Assembly (NCBI GenBank): GCA_038229495.1 | Contig: JBBROJ010000008.1 | Span: forward strand, 4,233 to 68,232 | DNA length: 64,000 nt | Reading direction: 5' to 3' | Source: Chthonomonadales bacterium | GTDB taxonomy: Bacteria > Armatimonadota > Chthonomonadetes > Chthonomonadales > CAJBBX01 | In this document: one piece after another, positions 8,679 to 17,358 of the stretch | How the letters are laid out: each line of letters opens with the position of its first letter | How positions within the stretch are numbered: the first letter of the stretch is position 1 | Notes under the pieces: model-generated | Seen by the model: only the letters and a program-made list of their open reading frames with translations | Told to the model about the DNA's origin: nothing | Database searches by the model: none | Position numbers and translations under genes: made by a program

Positions 8679-9982
8679 ACGCCCAGGATATATGCGGCCA
8701 GGCGCAAGCTCACGTGGTCCCGATCCGCCACGTCTATGACGCTCTGGTAGGCGCGCATCATCATCTGCTCCATCCGATTGTTCACCTCGTCCTCCTCCCA
8801 AAAGAAGGACTGAAGGTCCTGAACCCACTCGAAATAGGAGACGACCACGCCGCCCGCGTTGGCAAGGATGTCCGGGACGAGAACGATACCGCGGTCGTCA
8901 AGAATCTGGTCAGCGGCGGGAGTAACCGGTCCGTTCGCGCCCTCTACGATAAGCCGCGCCTTGACCCGATTCGCGTTGGCGCTTGTAATCTGATTCTCAA
9001 GCGCCGCCGGCACGAGAATGTCCACGTCCAGCTCCAGCAGCTCCTCGCTGTTAATCTTCTTGCCGCCCGGATGAGTCGTCAGCGTGCCGTCGCGCCGCGA
9101 ACACTCCAGCAGGCTCGGAATATCGAGGCCCTCCGGGTTGTAGAGTCCGCCCAAAGCGTCGCAAACTGCGACCACCTTCGCTCCGTGCTCGTGAAAAATT
9201 CGCGCCGCAACCGACCCGACGTTACCAAACCCCTGCACCGCTATGGTAGCGCCTTCGAGCTCCATTCCCATGCGCCTGGCAGCCTCGCGAGCCATGATTA
9301 CAATGCCGCGGCCCGTGGCGTCCAGGCGTCCTTCCGAGCCGCCGATGGAAACCGGCTTGCCCGTTACAACCGCAGGATAGGTATGCCCGCGATGCATGGA
9401 ATAGGTGTCCATGATCCAGGCCATCGTCTGCGCGTTCGTGCCCATGTCGGGAGCGGGGATATCGCTTTCCGGGCCAATGAGCAGGTCGATCTCGGTGGTG
9501 TAGCGGCGGGTGAGGCGCTCCAGCTCTCCCTGCGACATCGCATTGGGGTCGCAGAGCACGCCGCCCTTCGCGCCCCCGTAAGGCAGCCCGAGAAGGGCGC
9601 ACTTCCAGGTCATCCACATGGCAAGCGCGCGGACTTCGTCGATATCGGTTTTCGGGCTGTAGCGCAAGCCGCCCTTGGCGGGGCCACGCGCCAGGTTGTG
9701 CTGCACCCGGAATCCGGTGAAGACGCGAGTGGTTCCGTTATCCATCTTGACGGGGAAGTGTACTGTCAGCTCACGCTGATGGTATTTCAAAACCTCGTGA
9801 AGACCGGGATCGAGGCCAAGGTGCTCCGCGACAATTTCAAGCTGCTGAAGCGCGTTTTCATAAGGGTTTGAGCTCTCGCGCAGGGGCGCGTTATTATGCG
9901 GCTCGCGAGGTTCACGATGTTTGCCAGATTTGCGAGGTTTGCGTAGTTTGCTATACTGGTCCACCAGAGTACTGACGCTCAT
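8633..9982 (-). CDS. gdhA: Glutamate dehydrogenase (Glu/Leu/Phe/Val dehydrogenase family)
   Basis: RGPAKGGLRY, GGAKGG, PAPDMGT, VTGKP..IGGS.GR..ATGRG, QGFGNVG, EGANGP, NAGGV.VSYFEWVQ; GAGGAGG RBS. Confidence 0.95.
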   Translation of the reverse strand: MSVSTLVDQYSKLRKPRKSGKHREPREPHNNAPLRESSNPYENALQQLEIVAEHLGLDPGLHEVLKYHQRELTVHFPVKMDNGTTRVFTGFRVQHNLARGPAKGGLRYSPKTDIDEVRALAMWMTWKCALLGLPYGGAKGGVLCDPNAMSQGELERLTRRYTTEIDLLIGPESDIPAPDMGTNAQTMAWIMDTYSMHRGHTYPAVVTGKPVSIGGSEGRLDATGRGIVIMAREAARRMGMELEGATIAVQGFGNVGSVAARIFHEHGAKVVAVCDALGGLYNPEGLDIPSLLECSRRDGTLTTHPGGKKINSEELLELDVDILVPAALENQITSANANRVKARLIVEGANGPVTPAADQILDDRGIVLVPDILANAGGVVVSYFEWVQDLQSFFWEEDEVNNRMEQMMMRAYQSVIDVADRDHVSLRLAAYILGVQRVAEATTIRGMYP

Positions 9983-10158
9983 TGATTCCTCCTCGAATCA
10001 AAGGTAATGCTATCCTCGGTAACTATACGTGTAGAAAGATACGTGTTTAACGCTGTCGTAAGTTCATTATCGGCAGGCGAGCGGCGGCCGGGTATCGGCG
10101 ACACTGCCGGTATGCAGCCGCAAGTGTCCAGGATAGCTGTATTCGCCGTTTTGTGCCC

Positions 10159-10187
10159 TTGACAGTGTCAGAACGCAACGTTATAAT
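10159..10187 (+). promoter_or_regulatory. Sigma70 consensus promoter of tRNA-Gly
   Basis: TTGACA (10159-10164)-N17-TATAAT (10182-10187). Confidence 0.85.
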
Positions 10188-10197
10188 GACTTCGTGC

Positions 10198-10269
10198 GCG
10201 GGAGTAGCTCAGTGGTAGAGCATCTGCTTCCCAAGCAGAGGGTCGCGGGTTCGAGTCCCGTCTCCCGCT
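10198..10269 (+). tRNA. tRNA-Gly (anticodon CCC), CCA not encoded
   Basis: GCGGGAG...CTCCCGC-T acceptor stem, anticodon arm CTGCT-TCCCAA-GCAG, GGTTCGAGTCC T-arm. Confidence 0.95.
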
Positions 10270-10276
10270 TCGATCG

Positions 10277-10314
10277 ACAGCAGCCCCGGCGCCGAGCCGG
10301 GGCTGTTGCTGTTT
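10277..10314 (+). terminator. Intrinsic terminator after tRNA-Gly
   Basis: cagccccggc-gccga-gccggggctg stem followed by T-rich tail. Confidence 0.7.
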
Positions 10315-10360
10315 GCGGATTCTGAACGGCGGAACGTAAAGCCCCGACACTGGAATCGTT

Positions 10361-11059
10361 TCAAAAACGGTATCCGACCGAAAGATTAAAGCTCGACGCG
10401 CGGATTACCACCACGCTTCCCGTGATATTATAGGCTCCCTCGACGTACATCCGGCTGGTCAGGTCGACTCCCAGCAGTACTCTTGCTCCACCCACCAGCT
10501 TGCTTTCAGAGACGGTTCCTCCCGCCGCGCGTCCCCGGTGCGACTGCGCGATCTGCTCATTCGGATTCGAGCCGCCTGTAGGGTTAGATCCTCCGCTGGG
10601 AGTGCCGCCCGATCCCGGCGCAGGCCCCGTGCCGTCAAGGTATGACAGCCCCACTCCCAGTCCAAAGTACCACACTCCGGGGCTGTGGCCCGGCTTTCGC
10701 TCTTCCTTGGAAAGAGCGATTTTCTCCGTGTACATGAAACCAACGTTGTTAATCGTGTTGCCGCGCCCGTCGACCCGGTCGAAGTGGAAGTTGAGAGAGG
10801 GCGTGCTCCGGTTGGGAGCGAGCAGGGGTTTCGTCTTTAGCTCAAGACCAAGCCCCAGGTGAAATCCCGAGTCGCTGGTCGAACGCCGGCTGGCCCCGTT
10901 TGCCAGATAGCTCAACCCTACCTCGGCGGTCACCGGTCTCCCGCCCTCGTCGGCATGAGTCGGCGCGGAAATATTCATCACGACCGGAGCCGCCAGAATG
11001 GCGGTCGCATTGATGGTCGTGCGCTGATATGATCGGCGCGATCTTCTGCCTGTATTCAT
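10361..11059 (-). CDS. Probable outer-membrane beta-barrel protein
   Basis: Signal-like N-terminus, alternating amphipathic strands (WYFGLGVGLSY, LLGVDL, YVEGAY), C-terminal VGYRF; Gly/Ser/Pro-rich loop. Confidence 0.7.
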   Translation of the reverse strand: MNTGRRSRRSYQRTTINATAILAAPVVMNISAPTHADEGGRPVTAEVGLSYLANGASRRSTSDSGFHLGLGLELKTKPLLAPNRSTPSLNFHFDRVDGRGNTINNVGFMYTEKIALSKEERKPGHSPGVWYFGLGVGLSYLDGTGPAPGSGGTPSGGSNPTGGSNPNEQIAQSHRGRAAGGTVSESKLVGGARVLLGVDLTSRMYVEGAYNITGSVVVIRASSFNLSVGYRF

Positions 11060-12783
11060 TGCGCGTTTTCTCCCTTTGTAGTTGGCTTGCGATTAGATGA
11101 ACTCGACATCTCCAGCACGTCTCGCTTCAAGAGCAGCGCGATATGCAGCCGCACGTCCTCCTCTCCGAACCCGGTGCCACGGGCTGCGTCCTCCGAAAGA
11201 TCGGCCACCCGTATCCACTCCGTCCGGCTCTGTTTCAGCGCCTCAAAAAGCGCATCGACAACCGCCTGATGCAGTATCGGAAGGGTCTCGTCGTAGAATC
11301 GAAGGGATGCTTTCTTCTCGACGACCTCCCAGCCCGCCTCGCTAAGCCGTACGGAATGGCCGTCCGGCTCCAGAACTCCCGAGGCATAGTGGCTGAAAAT
11401 CCGCGCATAGGGCGTCGGCAGCCCCAGCCTCCGAGCATAGCGGCGTCTATCCTCCGCTTCCACGGTGGTCTCCTCTTTCGCAGATTCAAGCAGCTCGCTC
11501 CACAAAGCGTGCCACCGATTCAGCGCCACCGGCCAATCGTACTCCTGCTCGGCCCTCCGGCGCGCGCTGCCGCCCATGCGCTCCCGCGTGCCGGGCGATG
11601 TTAGCAGCGATCGCAAAGCTTCCGTGAGCACCGATGAATCGACCCAAACCGACTGCGCGATAAAGAGATGCTCCGTCAGGAAAGGGGTAACCGGCGACAG
11701 GGCATCGATACGCCCCGTGCCGGGAACCCACCATGTCGCCACGAGAATCCCCGTCTCGCCATCTACCACTAGATCCCTCATGCCATCCCAATCGGAGACG
11801 ATGGTGGGCAGCCCGCAGGCCATCGCTTCTATCACGGTGTTCCCAAACGACTCCTGGATGGAATCGCCGGGGAAGACAAAAAGGTCGGCTGCCGAGAAGT
11901 AGAGCGGGCGGAGTGGACCCTTTACGCCCGGCTTAAGGATAAGCCGCTCTCCAAGCCCGAGATCGTCCCCCGATTCCCGAAGCCGGCGGAAATATCCTGG
12001 CGCATTCTCTTCGCCTACAATCAACAGAAAGTCGTCGCGCCGATCGGTGGCTCGCGCGAAGGCGCGAAGCAGCGGGAGAAGGTCGGCCTTGTCATAGGGG
12101 GTGACCCGGCCCAGAAAGAGGGCGATCTGCCCCCGCTCCGGCAGTCCCATCAGCCGCCTTGCTTCCGCTCGGCGCGCCGGATCTGTCTGGGCGAAGAATT
12201 GCGTGTCCACCCCGCGCGGCAGGAGATCCAGCCGGCACGGCGGAACCGCTCCCGGCTCCGCCAGGAAACCATCGAAAGCCCGGCGCAAAGCTTCCCGGCA
12301 GGCTTCGCTGATGCACACGATACTGTCATAGGCGACCGGGGGCGCATCGGCGAGTCGCGCAAGCGGAGGCCACAAGCGATGCGGGCCCAGCGCATGCGTA
12401 TCACACGTAACCGGCATCGGCCCAGCGGCAAAACGGTCGCGAAGATAGCGGTCCCTGGCGATCCACTCCGGGTCCAGCGTAAAAAGAATGCGCGGCAGCC
12501 CGTCGCTCCACACATCGGGCAGGGCATGAAAAGGGTGAAACCGCACCGCGCCATGACCGCGCCGCTCCGGAGGCAGCACGGAATGGGCAGCCCGCTGCAG
12601 CCGTTCCGGGTCCAGCATTTCGGATGGAGGAAGAAACAGCTCGAGCGCTTCAAGCCGCTGGTCCTGGGCGAACCGTCGCAAAGTGGAAGAGGTGGCAAGA
12701 TTGGCGCCGTGCACGGGAAGACCGGCGGCTTCGGGGGAGAGGAATTCCAGATGATCCAGCACTACGCTGACAATGTGTCCCAA
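11056..12783 (-). CDS. Glycosyltransferase family 4 with extra C-terminal domain
   Basis: LFLGRV...K, DLFVFP.DSIQESFGNTVIEAMACGLP.IVSDWDG; GGAGG RBS before TTG at 12783. Confidence 0.88.
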   Translation of the reverse strand: MGHIVSVVLDHLEFLSPEAAGLPVHGANLATSSTLRRFAQDQRLEALELFLPPSEMLDPERLQRAAHSVLPPERRGHGAVRFHPFHALPDVWSDGLPRILFTLDPEWIARDRYLRDRFAAGPMPVTCDTHALGPHRLWPPLARLADAPPVAYDSIVCISEACREALRRAFDGFLAEPGAVPPCRLDLLPRGVDTQFFAQTDPARRAEARRLMGLPERGQIALFLGRVTPYDKADLLPLLRAFARATDRRDDFLLIVGEENAPGYFRRLRESGDDLGLGERLILKPGVKGPLRPLYFSAADLFVFPGDSIQESFGNTVIEAMACGLPTIVSDWDGMRDLVVDGETGILVATWWVPGTGRIDALSPVTPFLTEHLFIAQSVWVDSSVLTEALRSLLTSPGTRERMGGSARRRAEQEYDWPVALNRWHALWSELLESAKEETTVEAEDRRRYARRLGLPTPYARIFSHYASGVLEPDGHSVRLSEAGWEVVEKKASLRFYDETLPILHQAVVDALFEALKQSRTEWIRVADLSEDAARGTGFGEEDVRLHIALLLKRDVLEMSSSSNRKPTTKGENAQ

Positions 12784-12938
12784 TCGAAAGCCTCCGCCAC
12801 GGAAAACGATAGCAACCCTGTTAAGCTGGGAACCGGGCAAAGCATAACACACTTATTGCCTGCTCGTCAATTTCGATGACGGGCATCGGGTGTCGAATTT
12901 GACCGCCGATCCATTTATCCAACGACCCAACGACCCGT

Positions 12939-12968
12939 TTGACCGCTCTTCTCGCGGTGGGCTATAAT
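12939..12968 (+). promoter_or_regulatory. Putative proS promoter
   Basis: TTGACC-N18-TATAAT; overlaps the ORF-track ATG at 12967, which favours GTG 13009 as the start. Confidence 0.55.
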
Positions 12969-13008
12969 GACTCGACGTCCTTTGCTGTCAAAGAATTGGA
13001 GAGAATTG

Positions 13009-14808
13009 GTGAAAGCGTCCCAACTGTTTATTCCCACGCTTCGCGAAGTGCCTTCGGAAGCGGAGATTATAAGCCACAGATTGATGCTGCGCGGCGGATT
13101 CGTGCGCAAACTTGCCGCCGGCGTATACAGCTATCTGCCGCTGGGCCTGCGCGTCCACCAGAAGATAGCAAACATCGTGCGCGAGGAGATGAATGCGATA
13201 GGCGGGCAGGAGTTGTTCATGCCCGTGCTTGTGCCGAAGGAGCTACTGGACGAGTCGGGCCGCTCGAGCGTGGACGTGCTTTTCCCGCTCAAGGACAAAA
13301 ATCAGCGCGACTTCTTTCTCGGCTTCACCCATGAAGAGGTCGTAACGGACATCGTCCGCAGCTACGTCACTTCATGGAAGCAGCTTCCGCTGACCCTGTA
13401 TCAGATACAGACGAAGTTTCGCGACGAAGCCCGCCCGCGCGGCGGCCTGATTCGCGGACGCGAGTTCACGATGAAGGATTCCTACAGCTTCGATTTCGAT
13501 GAAGAGGGGCTGGATAGAAGCTTTCAGTCGCACCGCGCCGCCTACGAGCGAATCTTCGTCCGCTGTGGATTGGAATACCTCGTCATAGATGCCGACTCGG
13601 GCGCCATCGGCGGCTCGCAGAGCAACGAGTTCATGGTGCTGGCCGAGAGCGGCGAAGACACTGTTCTCCTCTGCGATTCGTGCGGCTACGCGGCCAATGC
13701 GGAGAAGGCGGGGATAGGGCGAGTCGAGAGTCGAGAGTCGGGAGTGGTGAGTCGGGAGTCGAGAGTCGAGGGTACCGGGCAGCCGACCGTAGGGGCTGTT
13801 GCCGTACAATCCAAAATCCAAAATCCAAAATCCAAAACCGTCTCCACGCCCGGCGCGCATACCGTTGCCCAGGTCTGCGAGTTCCTCAGCGTGGATCCAA
13901 CTCAGCTTATCAAGACGATTATCGTGACTGCCGGTGGTACTCCCCGTGGTACGCCCGTAGCCGCGCTCGTGCGCGGCGACCGCGAGCTGAACCTGGCAAA
14001 ACTTGCTGCTTTCTTACAGATGGGGCCGGTGGAGATGGCGGACGCGGTCGTCGTTCAGCGTGTTACCGGCGCGCCTGTCGGATTCGCCGGGCCGGTCGGC
14101 CTTACCGGCGTTCGAATCGTGGCCGACTACGAGCTTCAAGGCACGTCCGATTTGGTGGTTGGCGCGAACGAGAACGACGCGCATCGCGTTGGGGTAACAC
14201 CCGAGGTGGATTTCGCCGTTTCAGACTGGGCGGATATTCGCGTCGCGATTGCGGGGGACCCCTGCGTGCAAGCGGGTTGTACCGGCCATTATACGGAGGC
14301 GCATGGCATCGAGGTTGGCCACATCTTCAAGTTGGGCACGAAGTACAGCCGGGACATGAAGGCCCAGGTGCAGTTGGAGACGGGCGAAAACCGCGACGTG
14401 ATAATGGGCTGCTATGGGCTTGGGATCAGCCGGACCATGGCTTCGGCCATTGAAGCGCACCACGACGCGGATGGAATCATATGGCCCGCGGGTATCGCCC
14501 CCTTCGAAGCGGTTATCATTCCGGTAAACATGAAGGACGAGGCGCAGTGCTCGGCTGCCACGACGCTCTACGCGGACCTCCAATCGCGGGGCGTGGAAGC
14601 GCTTCTCGACGACCGTGACGAGCGATCCGGAGTAAAGTTCAAGGATGCCGATCTGATCGGCTATCCGGTAAAGATCGTCATTGGCCGAGGACTTGCCGAA
14701 GGCAATGTCGAGGTTGGCCTGCGCAGGGACAAGAGCTCGACTGAAGCGGTTCCAGTGGCTGAAGCCGCTGCGCACATTGCCACGCTCGTGAATCGATTGA
14801 AGACATAG
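13009..14808 (+). CDS. proS: Proline--tRNA ligase (bacterial type with editing domain) carrying an in-frame repeat insertion
   Basis: KASQLFIPTLRE start, SHRLMLRGG..RKLAAGVY, FRDEARPRGGLIRGREF.MKDSYSF, EVGHIFKLGTKYS, MGCYG.G.SR, GVKFKDADLIG. Confidence 0.97.
   Translation: MKASQLFIPTLREVPSEAEIISHRLMLRGGFVRKLAAGVYSYLPLGLRVHQKIANIVREEMNAIGGQELFMPVLVPKELLDESGRSSVDVLFPLKDKNQRDFFLGFTHEEVVTDIVRSYVTSWKQLPLTLYQIQTKFRDEARPRGGLIRGREFTMKDSYSFDFDEEGLDRSFQSHRAAYERIFVRCGLEYLVIDADSGAIGGSQSNEFMVLAESGEDTVLLCDSCGYAANAEKAGIGRVESRESGVVSRESRVEGTGQPTVGAVAVQSKIQNPKSKTVSTPGAHTVAQVCEFLSVDPTQLIKTIIVTAGGTPRGTPVAALVRGDRELNLAKLAAFLQMGPVEMADAVVVQRVTGAPVGFAGPVGLTGVRIVADYELQGTSDLVVGANENDAHRVGVTPEVDFAVSDWADIRVAIAGDPCVQAGCTGHYTEAHGIEVGHIFKLGTKYSRDMKAQVQLETGENRDVIMGCYGLGISRTMASAIEAHHDADGIIWPAGIAPFEAVIIPVNMKDEAQCSAATTLYADLQSRGVEALLDDRDERSGVKFKDADLIGYPVKIVIGRGLAEGNVEVGLRRDKSSTEAVPVAEAAAHIATLVNRLKT
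13721..13835 (+). repeat. Heptamer tandem arrays inside proS: (gagtcgr)x7 at 13721-13769 and (aatccaa)x4 at 13808-13835
   Basis: Read directly; translated as RVESRESGVVSRESRVE and QSKIQNPKSK. Confidence 0.95.
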
Positions 14809-14934
14809 CGTTCGTCAGGATACGGAACGGCGCGATGATTGTAAGGCCGAATAAATCGGGCTGATTGGCTGGACGCATCGAAACATGCGCACGAGATAAA
14901 TCGCACAGTTGTCGAATGCTTGCCTGACCACCGA

Positions 14935-15072
14935 TGTAAAACCGGTGTCTGGGGGGCGGGCAAGCCGCCAAAAGTCCTCACGGGCGGGACAATATTAATC
15001 TGAATCCATCTTGTACGGGTTTACCGTCCGGCAGGACGTTTGGCCGAAGGTCCACCTGCCACACGTTTTACA
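14935..15072 (+). mobile_element. ~138-bp MITE-like element with TGTAAAAC...GTTTTACA termini
   Basis: Short terminal inverted repeats; an inverted sister copy lies at 17200-17335 (59-nt core 55/59 identical). Confidence 0.6.
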
Positions 15073-15157
15073 CGCGTGGACCGGCAGAAGGCCATTTTTG
15101 GGTACAGCCAAGCGGCCTTTCAACAACCATGCGATTTATTCGCCCCAACGAGCCGCA

Positions 15158-15185
15158 CACCTGACACCTGATACCTGACACCTGT
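15158..15185 (+). repeat. Heptamer array (yacctga)x4 just before mgtC start
   Basis: cacctga cacctga tacctga cacctgt. Confidence 0.9.
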
Positions 15186-15187
15186 CC

Positions 15188-15886
15188 ATGCATAACTTTT
15201 TCGGCATGATGATTCAAGACAACTCGCTGCTTGGAATGACCTTTCCACTGCTGGTTGCGGTCATCCTGGGCGGCCTCATCGGTCTTGAGCGAGAGATCCA
15301 CGGCCACCCCGCCGGCATGCGAACGCATATTCTCGTTTGCGTCGGCTCCACCCTCATCACGCTTGTCTCCACTTCCATCGGACAACTTAACGGGGCGCAC
15401 GGCGACCCAGCGCGACTTGCCGCCCAGATCGTCAGCGGGGTCGGATTTCTCGGCGCGGGGGCCATTCTGCGCGAAGGCGCTACGGTACGCGGCCTGACCA
15501 CCGCCGCCAGCATCTGGACGACTGCCGGTATCGGAATCGCACTGGGCGCCAACCCTTTCTACGGCCAGCTTGCGGTCATCACCGCTGTGATCGTGCTGTT
15601 CACGCTCTGGGGCCTCAACTACTTCGAGGATTGGGTTAATGTCCACGCTCACCGCGCATTTCCGATGGTGGTGACCGTCCACGATACCGATCACTCTTCC
15701 GCCGAGATTCTCGCCCAACTGGCGCAGCACAATATCCGGGTTGAGTCCGTCCGCTTTGAGCCCGGCCACAAGAAGAACACGCGTGAGATTCAACTCAGAG
15801 TCTGCCTGCCGGCACGGTTCGATCGAGTCGAATTCATAAGCCGGCTCTCCGAACAACCGAATGTTATCGGAGTCGAAATGGAGTGA
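15188..15886 (+). CDS. MgtC/SapB family membrane protein with C-terminal ACT-like domain
   Basis: LGGLIGLERE..GHPAGMRTH.LV, DPARLAAQIVSGVGFLGAGAI, VRGLTTAASIW. Confidence 0.93.
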   Translation: MHNFFGMMIQDNSLLGMTFPLLVAVILGGLIGLEREIHGHPAGMRTHILVCVGSTLITLVSTSIGQLNGAHGDPARLAAQIVSGVGFLGAGAILREGATVRGLTTAASIWTTAGIGIALGANPFYGQLAVITAVIVLFTLWGLNYFEDWVNVHAHRAFPMVVTVHDTDHSSAEILAQLAQHNIRVESVRFEPGHKKNTREIQLRVCLPARFDRVEFISRLSEQPNVIGVEME

Positions 15887-16042
15887 CGGCACGGCTACAC
15901 CCAAAATCCAGTATTTCTGCGGGCGGGCAATGCGATCCGTTATGCGTATGTTGGCACGACTCTTGCACTGATACTATTTGCAGTATCGAGCAAGCGAACG
16001 GTCCGGAAGTCCAAAAATACCTAACGGGATGGAGTTCACGCA

Positions 16043-16837
16043 ATGAAACTCGGCTTGAATGCAGTAGCATGTGCATGCTTGGCGCTATGGGCGTCCGCCG
16101 CAACAGAGCAGGCTAATGCCCAATTGAAGGTTTTCTTCCTCGGTTACGAGACGACGCAGCAGCAAAACAACAACGTTCGAATCGACATCTTAGGCTCAGA
16201 CGCCCGTTTCGACCTCACACACAGCGCCTCGTCCGATGGCGATGCATTGGCATTTCCGACACTCGCCGCGCTCCAGCAATACGACGCAGTCCTTGTCTGG
16301 ACGAACCAGGTCCCGGACAACAGGATTGCGCTTTCGAATCGCCTTGCCGACTATGTCGATGGAGGCGGACGGGTCGTAATTACGACCTTCTGGGGCCAGG
16401 AGATGGGCGCCGCCGGGCGATTGAACACGCACGGCTATAACCCGTTTACAGATCCTACTCCCGGCAACACGACAGCCGGCTCGCTTGGCTCGTTCGATGC
16501 ATCCGATCCCCTCTTCGCGGGCGTCAATTCCCTGTCCGCCACTCAGTATCGAGGCGACTATCTTCCCGGTGTGGACAGCGGCGCAACGCTCGCGGGGTCG
16601 TGGGACGACGGAAGGCCGCTTGCGGGATACAGCGCCAACCGAAAGGTTGTGAACGTTACACTGTATCCCTATGTGTATCAGTATTTGCACGCTACGGGCG
16701 ACTACCGAGAGCTGTTCCGCAATGCGCTCGCTTTCCCGGCAACCGCTCCCGACGCCAACACTCCAGAGCCCGGAATGCTCACCTTGCTGGCTGGAAGCGC
16801 TGTGTTTGGCGGCCTGCTGCTGCGGCGTCGATTATAG
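16043..16837 (+). CDS. PEP-CTERM sorting-domain surface protein
   Basis: Signal peptide; C-terminal TPEPGMLTLLAGSAVFGGLLLRRRL (PEP, TM helix, Arg cluster). Confidence 0.88.
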   Translation: MKLGLNAVACACLALWASAATEQANAQLKVFFLGYETTQQQNNNVRIDILGSDARFDLTHSASSDGDALAFPTLAALQQYDAVLVWTNQVPDNRIALSNRLADYVDGGGRVVITTFWGQEMGAAGRLNTHGYNPFTDPTPGNTTAGSLGSFDASDPLFAGVNSLSATQYRGDYLPGVDSGATLAGSWDDGRPLAGYSANRKVVNVTLYPYVYQYLHATGDYRELFRNALAFPATAPDANTPEPGMLTLLAGSAVFGGLLLRRRL

Positions 16838-17199
16838 CGCCTGCCGCGACAAAGCCGCGACTATACGGCTACAATTACCTGTCACATGTCGTACGGCTAT
16901 TAGTCACACTTGTAATCCGGACAGCCGCTAGCCTGGGTGGCGAACGCAGAAGCATCCGGCGGCAGCGAGCTGACTCTAACGGACGGGCCGGATGGCAACG
17001 ACACGAATCCCTTCCTCAAGCGCGACCCGAAGCGGACGCCGATTGTGACGACGCTCGAAGCTGCTTCCGATGAGTTCCGGGTCGCGTTCGGCACAATTCG
17101 TGTAAAACGCGTCGACATTGTCGCTGACAAAGACGAGTAACTGAACCCTACAGTCCACCCGTGTAAAACGGGTTTCTGAGAGGCCTTCGCAGTCACGCG

Positions 17200-17335
17200 T
17201 GTAAAACGCATGGCAGGTGGGCCTTTGGCCAAACGTCCTGCCGGACGGTAAAGCCATGATGAGTCGGATTCTATCGAGAATATGACGCCCGTGATGGCGT
17301 TTGGCGGCGCAGCCGCCCCCTGCCACCCGTTTACA
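17200..17335 (-). mobile_element. ~136-bp MITE-like element, inverted sister of 14935-15072
   Basis: tgtaaaac...gtttaca termini; core identity to the 15020-15078 segment; extra cgtgtaaaacg motifs near 17100 and 17160. Confidence 0.6.
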
Positions 17336-17358
17336 CGGGTGTGTATGAAACAAGTCCC

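Noticed and set aside
8714-9871. Long antisense ORFs in the track (8714-9871, 19256-20686, 23321-24325, 47958-49040, 49506-50951, 59452-60384, 62299-63396 and similar)
   Set aside because: Shadow frames opposite well-conserved genes, expected at high GC; no recognisable motifs.
12967-13008. ORF-track proS start at ATG 12967
   Set aside because: The ATG overlaps the TATAAT element; GTG 13009 has an RBS and gives the canonical (M)KASQLFIPTLRE start.
16937-17140. 67-aa ORF between the PEP-CTERM gene and the MITE
   Set aside because: No RBS or recognisable motif; overlaps repeat motifs; at most a gene fragment.
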